Positions 1 to 6,824 of a stretch of DNA of 64,000 bases are shown piece by piece. The notes beneath the pieces were generated by a model. The model saw only the letters and a list, made by a program, of their open reading frames with translations, did not search any database and was not told the origin of the DNA. Position numbers and translations under genes: made by a program. Source of the stretch: an uncultured Alphaproteobacteria bacterium (GTDB lineage Bacteria; Pseudomonadota; Alphaproteobacteria; Rhodobacterales; Rhodobacteraceae); contig CACIAQ010000002.1 of NCBI GenBank assembly GCA_902584635.1, positions 27,147 to 91,146 on the forward strand, read 5' to 3'. Position 1 is the first letter of the stretch. Every line of letters starts with the position of its first letter.

Positions 1-396
1 AGAAAAGACATTATTAATTTTCGCGAGACACTAAAGTGGGATCTCAGTGAAACATCCCAAGATAAAGTTTTGTATGAACGGCAGAAAATAATAGATAGTG
101 GAAAAAATTATAGATTCACAAAATCGAGCGATTTTTTTTCAAAATCTGGAGTGCGAGATTTAATACTTAATTCTTATGAGAAGCAATTTGATTTATTAGA
201 AATTGAGGAAATTTTAAGAACTCTTAATTTAGATTTTCTTGGCATTCAGGTAAGAAATAAAAAAACCCGATCTAACTTTAAAAAATTATTCCCAAAGAAT
301 GATGATTGGTTCGCACTAAAAAATTGGGACAAATTAGAGAAAGAGTTCCCAGATACATTTTTTGGAATGTACCAATTTTGGTGTCAAAAAAATTAA
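1..396 (+). CDS. 3' end of an ORF entering from upstream of the window; C-terminal region resembling SAM-dependent methyltransferase-family proteins of marine alphaproteobacteria (partial)
   Basis: Frame 1 is open from base 1, with no stop before the listed TTG at 70. Ends TAA 394-396. Family call rests only on my recollection of the C-terminal ...FGMYQFWCQKN-type tail. Confidence 0.4.
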   Translation, partial: RKDIINFRETLKWDLSETSQDKVLYERQKIIDSGKNYRFTKSSDFFSKSGVRDLILNSYEKQFDLLEIEEILRTLNLDFLGIQVRNKKTRSNFKKLFPKNDDWFALKNWDKLEKEFPDTFFGMYQFWCQKN

Positions 397-435
397 GTTA
401 AAAAGAGAAAATATTACTCTCGATATTTTTGCATT

Positions 436-768
436 CTAATCTTTAAGCCACTCTGCCTTCATCTTACTGAACTTTATTTCAGAAGTGTAAGACTGTCGTT
501 CTAGTCGTGCTTGTCTTTCTGTATATCGTTTAAGAACAGCATAGACATTTGAGTTCTTCCACTCTTTATTTTTCGCTGTTCGAGAACCTTCTGCATTCAA
601 TAACTTAGCAATCGTTCTATACCCTTTTCCACTATCATGAAGCGATTTAATGCGTTTATGAGTGTGTTCTTGTTCATCACTCCATAAATGCTTCGAATAC
701 TGTGTAATCAGTGTATTTGTGCTAATTTCGACTGCATTACTCATTCCTTTTTTATTTAAGTTTGTCAC
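436..768 (-). CDS. Stand-alone Recombinase-domain protein (DNA-binding middle domain of large serine recombinases) with no catalytic resolvase domain
   Basis: 110 aa. The stretch GKGYRTIAKLLNAEGSRTAKNKEWKNSNVYAVLKRY fits the G-x-S/T-x3-IA-x2-LN-x2-G-x-T-x3-W-x4-V-x2-IL pattern of the Recombinase domain. No S-R catalytic N-terminal domain is present. Confidence 0.55.
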   Translation of the reverse strand: MTNLNKKGMSNAVEISTNTLITQYSKHLWSDEQEHTHKRIKSLHDSGKGYRTIAKLLNAEGSRTAKNKEWKNSNVYAVLKRYTERQARLERQSYTSEIKFSKMKAEWLKD

Positions 769-829
769 TTAATGATTTTAAGGTAAAGTTGTCTAGGTTC
801 GTATTTAGCACTAAACGTTGAAGTATGAA

Positions 830-1501
830 ATGAATGTAACTCTAATATATTAAGATAATCCTTTTTGGAGAATTGAATTAGCAAGAATCCCATTGTTTAT
901 CGGTGATATCAGTTTCAATGATAAACGAATTACACTCGAGGAGTTTCGTTCTGCTAAAGAAACCGGTTTTTTAAAAGATGGTACAAAGCTGCCTTTTCAT
1001 CAAATACCGTGCCTAGTTGCAGATGGTGTGCCGATTGCTCAAACTGGAGCAATAGCAAGATTTTGCGGAAAAGTATCTGGGTTATACCCATCAGAGGATA
1101 GTATTAGCTGTGCTTTAATTGATCAATTCATCGATTTCGTTACTGATTTAACTAACTTGGTTTACATACCATCAAACAGTCCGTTAACAGAAGATGAAAA
1201 AATTCAGCATCGTAGGATGTTAGCTGAAGGAGAATTAAAAAGAAAACTGGATATGTTAGAGGATAATATTTCTGCAAATCAAACTTGGATAGTGGGAAAA
1301 GAAATGACTATTGCGGATATTGCTATATGGAGAGGTATTGTTTGGCTTGCCTCAGACTTGGTTGCAGGAATACCTCAGCCGTATTTTGTGAATTATCCAA
1401 AAATAACGAAAATCTTCAAAAATGTAGACAATCATCCAAAAATTTGTGAGTGGGTTAGAAAGACTTATCCATCGAATTACAACAGGGGATATATTGAGTG
1501 A
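830..1501 (+). pseudogene. Glutathione S-transferase interrupted by an in-frame TAA at codon 8
   Basis: ATG 830 reads MNVTLIY, then TAA at 851-853. The same frame continues DNPFWRIELARIPLFIGDISFNDKRI..., the GST beta1-alpha1 region, into the listed 893..1501 ORF (PFHQIPCLVADGVPIAQTGAIARF, a GST N-domain G-site-like motif, plus a C-terminal helical domain). Confidence 0.6.
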
Positions 1502-1551
1502 AGTGGCTAGTAATGTTTTAACACTAATTACAAAAAAAAGAGCTTTATAAA

Positions 1552-1920
1552 ATGGCAATGACATGGGAGTTAGTAAAACAAGTTATTGAATCTATCAATA
1601 CATCAAGAGAAACCGCAATAAAAATTGGAACTGAAAATGCACATGAAGACTATATGTTTGTTACTGAAACAAGAATGGCAGTAGGAGAAGAGGTTATTGA
1701 GGAGTGGGAACAGGAATTTGAGAGGGATAAGTATCGAATTGAAGATCATAAACTCATCCATGAAGATCAAGATATAATTCTTTGGAAAGAACTTGGGAGT
1801 TATGGAGATGGTAAGCGAGTAATAAAAACAGTAAGCATGTTTTTAAGAGATGGTAAAATCTGGAGAGAAACTGAAAATAGAAGATTTATTGAAGATGAAG
1901 AAACATTAGGAAACTATTGA
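1552..1920 (+). CDS. Hypothetical protein (acidic, 122 aa)
   Basis: ATG-started ORF. Its stop overlaps the next ORF's start by 4 nt (ATGA-type coupling at 1917-1920). Confidence 0.5.
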   Translation: MAMTWELVKQVIESINTSRETAIKIGTENAHEDYMFVTETRMAVGEEVIEEWEQEFERDKYRIEDHKLIHEDQDIILWKELGSYGDGKRVIKTVSMFLRDGKIWRETENRRFIEDEETLGNY

Positions 1921-2261
1921 TGATGAATACAGCTAAAATAAAACTAAAGCACTTTATCGCCACACATACGTTCAATTCCGACAAAGCAAAAAAAGAATAT
2001 ATGAAATTTGTTAAACATAGAAAAAGAAATGTTGAGTGGTTTGAAAATGTTCCCAAAAGAGATGATGCTAAATTGTACCAGCTATTTATTGGTAAAGCAG
2101 ATTTCTTTTTCTGTCACTGGTTTGCCGAAAGTGAGAATGCAATTATTGAAACATTGTCACAAGCTGGGGCAGACGATTTTATGATAACAATGGCTATTGA
2201 AATAAGTACACCTAAGATGGATTTAGAGAAAATGAAATCTCTTATAGAAACGATAAAATAG
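1917..2261 (+). CDS. Hypothetical protein (114 aa) with an FFFCHWFAESEN motif; has a decayed paralogue at 5236-5497
   Basis: ORF coupled to 1552..1920. A recognisable frameshifted second copy elsewhere in the island supports it as a real gene family. Confidence 0.55.
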   Translation: MMMNTAKIKLKHFIATHTFNSDKAKKEYMKFVKHRKRNVEWFENVPKRDDAKLYQLFIGKADFFFCHWFAESENAIIETLSQAGADDFMITMAIEISTPKMDLEKMKSLIETIK

Positions 2262-2266
2262 CATGG

Positions 2267-2284
2267 TGCACGTTTGATGCACGT
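2267..2284. repeat. Tandem heptad box TGCACGT-TTGA-TGCACGT
   Basis: Read directly. 11-bp periodicity. A second copy, TGCACAT-TTGA-TGCACAT, lies at 2426-2443 (16/18 identical) in the same orientation. Confidence 0.7.
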
Positions 2285-2351
2285 TTTTAAAGTGTTCTTA
2301 AAAGATAAATTAAATCAGTATGTTACAGTTGTTTCAGTTTTCAAAGCGTTG
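2275..2351 (+). repeat. Island intergenic repeat, copy R1 (77 nt)
   Basis: Ungapped hand alignment to 3733-3809 gives 61/77 identities. Begins 14 nt after the TAG stop at 2259-2261. Confidence 0.75.
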
Positions 2352-2425
2352 ATTTTTTCAAGGCACAGTTCTTAAAAAAATATATATAAAACAATAACTA
2401 AGTATTTTTTTAGTTTTTTTTCGAA

Positions 2426-2443
2426 TGCACATTTGATGCACAT
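2426..2443. repeat. Tandem heptad box TGCACAT-TTGA-TGCACAT
   Basis: Direct repeat of 2267-2284. Lies 39 nt beyond the 3' end of the minus-strand ORF 2482..2991. Confidence 0.7.
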
Positions 2444-2481
2444 TATCTTAACAGATTCACGAAAACTCGTTTCAAATATGC

Positions 2482-2991
2482 CTAGTTATATAAAACCTTT
2501 TTCTCAGTTTTGCTATCTCTAGTAACATCACAAATTATTTTTAACAGAGCTTGTACTCCTTGTGCAAAATCCTCGGCTGCATAAACTAATTCTGGGGCAA
2601 TGTCAGCATCAGTAAGTAAGATGCCTATAAGAATTGCATCATTCTTATCTGTGTAAGTTGATCTGGTTACCAATTGAGCAAAACAATTCTCATCAGCGCC
2701 AACACATTTACAATTCAAGTCGTGACTAACAAGACGTCGTCTCCCACCATTCTGCAATTTAGTAAAAAGAAATTGGAGTGCTCCAATAGTTTTATTTGCT
2801 GTTTCTGCACCTAAATAAAAACGAAATTCTTTATGAATCTCCAAGAGAGCATCAGAGCCTTCGAAGCAGCATCTAAAATAGTAAATTACCAAATGCTCTT
2901 CCCAGCTTAAATCTGACATTATAGCTACGGGTGAGCCGCCTTTAATTTGTGTCTTCGCCTCCGAATTCGTTTTCATTGTTTTGTTCCCCAT
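2482..2991 (-). CDS. Hypothetical protein with a Cys-rich motif (HDLNCKCVGADENCFAQLV)
   Basis: 169-aa ORF; the true start may be an internal Met such as MSDLSWEE. I loosely recall the C-x-C...DE..F/L architecture from uncharacterised alphaproteobacterial proteins. No function can be assigned. Confidence 0.5.
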   Translation of the reverse strand: MGNKTMKTNSEAKTQIKGGSPVAIMSDLSWEEHLVIYYFRCCFEGSDALLEIHKEFRFYLGAETANKTIGALQFLFTKLQNGGRRRLVSHDLNCKCVGADENCFAQLVTRSTYTDKNDAILIGILLTDADIAPELVYAAEDFAQGVQALLKIICDVTRDSKTEKKVLYN

Positions 2992-3157
2992 ATAAATACA
3001 AAAACTCTAAATAATTCTGAAATAAAGCACTATCAGAGCTCAAAAAAATCTGTTCCTCAAATAACTCGTACTCAAGCATCAATTTTATCAATTTATCTTT
3101 TTCCATTCTTGAAGGGCAAATCTTTGAGACATACTTATTTCCGATGAAAATTGTCAT
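2942..3157 (-). CDS. Small acidic hypothetical protein upstream of 2482..2991
   Basis: 71-aa ORF on the same strand. It overlaps the longest version of the downstream ORF by 50 nt. Acidic C-terminus EQNNENEFGGEDTN. Coding status uncertain. Confidence 0.35.
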   Translation of the reverse strand: MTIFIGNKYVSKICPSRMEKDKLIKLMLEYELFEEQIFLSSDSALFQNYLEFLYLYGEQNNENEFGGEDTN

Positions 3158-3217
3158 GATTCATACTTGACTATTTTTGTCATATTTGTCAATATAAAAA
3201 TTTTAGGAGGAAATAAC

Positions 3218-3352
3218 ATGTCAGACTGGTATCTAATTCATGGTTTAGCAATTGTGTTCGTCGTTTTATTAAGTTTTGGAGCGGGGTATTATACGTGCCT
3301 CATCCAGAACAAAACAATTAGGAAATTATTAAAAAACAACCAACAATCTTAA
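3218..3352 (+). CDS. Small single-pass membrane protein (44 aa)
   Basis: ATG 3218 follows AGGAGG (3205-3210) at good spacing. One hydrophobic helix, LIHGLAIVFVVLLSFGAGYYTCLI. The listed TTG start at 3167 is less likely. Confidence 0.45.
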   Translation: MSDWYLIHGLAIVFVVLLSFGAGYYTCLIQNKTIRKLLKNNQQS

Positions 3353-3362
3353 AGACTCTGTA

Positions 3363-3665
3363 ATGTATATCGCTATGAATCGCTTTAAGATTAAATTAGG
3401 AAAAGAAGCGCAGTTTGAGAGCATTTGGAAAAACAGGGAATCCCATCTCGATAAAGTCGACGGATTTATAGAGTTTAATCTTCTCCGATCAAAGTCTAAT
3501 GATACATATACTTTATATGCCTCTCACAGTGTGTGGAAAAGTTCTAAAGATTTTGAAAATTGGACAAAATCTGAGTCTTTCAGATTAGCACATCAAAATG
3601 CAGGAAGTGCGAAGGGCATTTATCTAGGACATCCTGAGTTTGAGGGCTTTGAAGTTAGGATTTGA
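3363..3665 (+). CDS. Antibiotic-biosynthesis-monooxygenase (ABM, dimeric alpha-beta barrel) domain protein
   Basis: 100 aa. MNRFKIKLGKEAQFESIW...GFIEFNLLRS...YTLYASHSVWKSSKDFENWTKSESF matches the ABM/IsdG-like fold pattern. Confidence 0.7.
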   Translation: MYIAMNRFKIKLGKEAQFESIWKNRESHLDKVDGFIEFNLLRSKSNDTYTLYASHSVWKSSKDFENWTKSESFRLAHQNAGSAKGIYLGHPEFEGFEVRI

Positions 3666-3732
3666 TCTATTCTTACAAATAAAAAATACTTTCTACGTCA
3701 TATGATGCATTAGAGGTTAAGAGTAGTCTTTA

Positions 3733-3809
3733 TGATGCATGTTTTAGGAGTGTTCTTAAAATAATAATGAAATCAATAGCTTGCAGTCATTTAAATTTTC
3801 AAAGCGTTG
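3733..3809 (+). repeat. Island intergenic repeat, copy R2 (77 nt), preceded by two TATGATGCAT boxes (3701-3710, 3731-3740)
   Basis: 61/77 identical to R1 and 29/35 identical to R3 over the core. Lies downstream of the ABM gene stop at 3663-3665. Confidence 0.75.
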
Positions 3810-4108
3810 TTTCAGGTTCACTAAAAATGCGATGGTAGAAAACATATATAAATGGCCATCAGTAGTTTATTCAATTATTCTTGGAATCCTAATGAAGATC
3901 CGCATTCTATATTTACTGATCTTTTTTGATATATTAAGTAAATGAAAAAAAGAGCAAAAAGTGACTGGAGTGTAAAGACCGTGATGATGTTCTATATCTA
4001 AGTCGGTATAGTAGAGAAGAATTGGTTTTTCATTTGTACTAATTCTTTTAAGATCCATCAAAAAAAGTTATCAAATTAATTACCTGTATGGTGATAATTG
4101 TAAAAGCA

Positions 4109-4148
4109 AAATGAAATGATGAAAAGTTTTTTATCATTTCATTTTTTA
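4109..4148. terminator. Hairpin with flanking T/A runs (bidirectional intrinsic-terminator-like)
   Basis: AAATGAAATGAT (4109-4120) pairs perfectly with ATCATTTCATTT (4133-4144) across a 12-nt loop, then a T-run. The stem is AT-rich, so strength is modest. No intact gene ends next to it. Confidence 0.4.
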
Positions 4149-4241
4149 GTTTGATCTCTGATGATCTAGGATATCTTTCTGGCTAGATCGAGACCACGCC
4201 AATTATCTTATTGATGGAAATTTTTTTTGAGAGGATGGAAG

Positions 4242-4409
4242 ATGGAGAAAGCAGATAAAGAAAAATTTATGAGTGAAATTTGGAAAAAATACAATGCTAC
4301 AAAAGATGTTGAGCTTTTAGCAAAAGCCTGCGAAGAGGCTCCTTTTTTTGGACAAAAAGAAATGGCACTTGAAATCGCTCGAATATTAAGATTGGTAAAG
4401 AAAAACTAA
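4242..4409 (+). CDS. Hypothetical small protein (55 aa)
   Basis: ATG 4242 follows a GAGGATGGAAG purine-rich stretch. The listed TTG at 4227 is the alternative start. Confidence 0.4.
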   Translation: MEKADKEKFMSEIWKKYNATKDVELLAKACEEAPFFGQKEMALEIARILRLVKKN

Positions 4410-4461
4410 TAAATAAAATAGGTTAGCATACTATTAAAAGAGCAAATGAAAGGATGAAAAA

Positions 4462-4878
4462 ATGATTGATGATAAGGTAAGACTGATAAAACCTGGTAAA
4501 ACTTATGTTGGAGCACAAGGCGTGGCGTACGGATCAGGTGCGTCAAGAAAAACTGCTGGATCAGAAAAAATTTGCATGAATATCTTACCTCTGCCTTCAG
4601 GAGTGCATCCAGTACCTCGCGTGCATAAGGATATTGAAACAAGTGCCTATTTACTTGAGGGCGAGTGCTCAGTCTTTCACGGAGAAAATTTAGAAAACGA
4701 AACCGTAGTGAAAAAGGGAGGACAAATTTTTATTCCGGGTAATGTGCCTCATACACCCTTCAATCGTAGTGATAAGAAGTGTATATGTATAGTTGTCCAT
4801 TCATCAGGAGATGATCAAGATGAATTAATTGCTATGCCCAAGCTTGAAAATGTTCTTTCAAAAATCAAAAAGAAATAA
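4462..4878 (+). CDS. Cupin-domain protein
   Basis: 138 aa. ...SAYLLEGECSVFHGE...VKKGGQIFIPGNVPHTPFN matches the two-motif cupin beta-barrel pattern. Confidence 0.6.
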   Translation: MIDDKVRLIKPGKTYVGAQGVAYGSGASRKTAGSEKICMNILPLPSGVHPVPRVHKDIETSAYLLEGECSVFHGENLENETVVKKGGQIFIPGNVPHTPFNRSDKKCICIVVHSSGDDQDELIAMPKLENVLSKIKKK

Positions 4879-4885
4879 TAAAAAA

Positions 4886-5179
4886 ATGAAATGGATAATC
4901 GTATTCTATCAGATTATTGTTGCGCTGCCCGAAGGAGAAATTGTATTCTCTGGATTGAATTTGGGAAATAAATTTGTAAAAACTGAATTAAATCTTTCAG
5001 ACAACTTTGAGTCAAAAGATGATTGTGAAGATAAATTAGTCTCATTTAAAGGAAAAAATAAAATTAGCGAAGTAGATAGCTTTTACTCAAACAGTGCAAA
5101 AATTGTTACAGATCAGAAACCCTTAAGTAATAACAAAAGAGTGATTATAAATGCCTTCCAATGCATGAAAGTTAACTAA
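4886..5179 (+). CDS. Hypothetical protein (97 aa) with a hydrophobic N-terminus
   Basis: ATG 4886 (MKWIIVFYQIIVALPEG...) lies just after the cupin stop. The listed 4829 start would overlap the cupin gene. Confidence 0.4.
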   Translation: MKWIIVFYQIIVALPEGEIVFSGLNLGNKFVKTELNLSDNFESKDDCEDKLVSFKGKNKISEVDSFYSNSAKIVTDQKPLSNNKRVIINAFQCMKVN

Positions 5180-5235
5180 TTTTTGTATTACCATTTGCAT
5201 TGTAGAGTTTTTTGTCTGGCTCCTCCACCGTTTTT

Positions 5236-5497
5236 TTAAACTATCATCTCTTGTGCTGTAGTAAGAAGTAATTTATCGGCTCCTAAAGCTCCAAGTTTTT
5301 TGTAGATCTGATTTTCACTCTCAGCGTTCCAATGACAAAACAAAAAGCCTGATCTCCTAACTAGTGCAGGACGCATTATACTTTCTCTGTTTCAACAGAC
5401 GCAAACCACTCTCAAGCGATAAGATCCTTATATTCTTCGAAAAATGATTTTTTTGTTTTCTCTGAATGAACATGTGAGTGAAAATAAAATGGTTCAT
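5236..5497 (-). pseudogene. Decayed paralogue of ORF 1917..2261
   Basis: Hand translation of the minus strand needs three frames. These give MNHFIFTHMF..., then SEKTKKSFFEEYKDLIA*EWFASVETEKV*..., then ...GFLFCHWNAESENQIYKKLGALGADKLLLTTAQEMIV*. They align with KHFIATHTFNSDKAKKEYMKF...VEWFENV...FFFCHWFAESENAIIETLSQAGADDFMITMAIEI of the intact copy. Confidence 0.55.
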
Positions 5498-5845
5498 TTT
5501 AAGGCTTTCTGTATATTTAGTGAATTAGATTATTTCACATTATTATAAGAGTAATAAAGATTATTCATTTTAACAAATAAACAGCACGGTAAAGTAAAGG
5601 TTTGTTGGCAATGGCTGGAAGTGTCACTAACCAACAAACCCTTCCGATGACAGTAGGAGTTACCTACTATGTATTAAATAGTTCCCTAACTAAGAAATCA
5701 TTGAGACTTATTATCGCACTCTGCACTAAAACTGATTTTGTTTTTCAAATTAGATATTTTCTTTGTTACTTACTTCTAAAGTCTAATTTGAGGCATTGCC
5801 TTAGAGACAAGACATAGTTAATGCGATATGAGTTGTTTTTTTAAG

Positions 5846-6340
5846 TTACTCCAAACTAGTCGACTAATCACCGAACTCTTAAGATAGTGATATTCCAGAT
5901 TGGGCTAAAATAGAGAGTGATGCTGAAGTCAGACGCTTTATTGATGGAAAAGTGCTTTCCTTTGAAGAAGCGAAGAATTATTTAGAGTTGAATATTCGAC
6001 AATATTAGAAAATCGGCTCTGGGAGATAAGCAGTTTGGTTAAAAGAAAAAAGAACTCTTATTGGTATGAATGGCTTTTTAATGAAAATTATGGGATTGAT
6101 TTTGGTTATCGCTATTCGAAGACCAGTTGGGGCAAAGGGTTTGGGTTTGAGGCTGCAAAAACAGTGCTAAATTATGTTTTTCAAAATTTTGGTTTAGAAA
6201 AAGTAGATGGACTAACTGCAGAGAAGAATTATGGTCCTATAAGAATTCTTGAAAAATTAGGTTTCAAGTTTCAAGAGAAACTTTTATTCAATAATAAAGA
6301 AGCATTCAAATATCACTATTCTAGAGGTTTTCACAGATGA
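5846..6340 (+). pseudogene. GNAT (RimJ/RimL-like) N-acetyltransferase remnant with frameshifts and in-frame stops
   Basis: Frame 2 reads LLQTSRLITELLR*. Frame 3 reads DIPDWAKIESDAEVRRFIDGKVLSFEEAKNYLELNIRQY*(TAG 6006)KIGSGR*(TAA 6027)AVWLKEKRTLIGMNGF. Frame 2 (listed ORF 6035..6340) reads ...IDFGYRYSKTSWGKGFGFEAAKTVLNYVFQNFGLEKVDGLTAEKNYGPIRILEKLGFKF. Together these rebuild a typical GNAT. Confidence 0.65.
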
Positions 6341-6394
6341 TTAAGCTTGGGTTGCGAATGAGCCAAATAATTTTATTGTTGTAAGGTAAAAATA

Positions 6395-6429
6395 AAATCG
6401 GTAACTTGCAGTCTTTTCATTTTTCAAAG
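6395..6429 (+). repeat. Island intergenic repeat, copy R3 (35-nt core)
   Basis: AAATCGGTAACTTGCAGTCTTTTCATTTTTCAAAG versus the R2 core AAATCAATAGCTTGCAGTCATTTAAATTTTCAAAG gives 29/35. Lies 55 nt after the stop at 6338-6340. Confidence 0.65.
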
Positions 6430-6562
6430 TTCTAAGCTCGTTACGCAAGATGCCATAAAATCAGATAGTTACTTATGCCAAGTGCTTTGAAGCGCAGATA
6501 TCAACTTGATATTTTGTAGGCACAAACGGGACATATAACCATTAAAATATAATTTGATTAAA

Positions 6563-6824
6563 TTAGAACTGGTTACAAAGTCTTGCATATGTATTTGCAA
6601 CCCAATGAGATATCCCGAAATATTTTCCTTGCCAAGCTATAAAGTCTGGATCGCTGACCACTCTATCAATACAAGCCCCAAAATCGCAAGCATTTTCAAA
6701 TGCAACGGTAAACGACATCTGTCCCATTGCTGAACTTAATAGTTGCTAAATTGAAATTTCAGGACAGCCATGTTTTTTTCCAGATAGCAGCAGATTCATC
6801 AATCGCATCTACCATTTTTGTCAT
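6563..6824 (-). pseudogene. Small unknown ORF broken by a homopolymer frameshift and an in-frame TAG
   Basis: The minus strand reads MTKMVDAIDESAAIWKK, with a frame change at the A7/T7 run 6773-6779. It continues KHGCPEISI*(TAG)QLLSSAMGQMSFTVAFENACDFGACIDRVVSDPDFIAWQGKYFGISHWVANTYARLCNQF*. The longest intact piece is 54 aa. Confidence 0.4.

Noticed and set aside
3867-4061. 64-aa minus-strand ORF (MMDLKRISTNEKPILLYYTDLDIEHHHG...)
   Set aside because: No RBS, no recognisable domain, and the C-terminal half is low-complexity (RMRIFIRIPRIIE). It may be a gene fragment, but I cannot support it as a CDS.
5602-5817. 71-aa + strand ORF in the pseudogene-rich gap
   Set aside because: TTG start, low-complexity composition and no motif. 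It overlaps the inverted repeat at 5599-5640. It looks like chance open frame in non-coding or decayed DNA.
893-6430. Integron cassette array (short same-strand ORFs each followed by a repeat)
   Set aside because: No IntI-type tyrosine recombinase, attI or Pc is visible. The only recombinase-like ORF is a truncated serine-recombinase domain. The repeats lack the imperfect-palindrome R''-L''/L'-R' (RYYYAAC...GTTRRRY) structure of attC. Kept only as one hypothesis under the repeat finding, not as a call.
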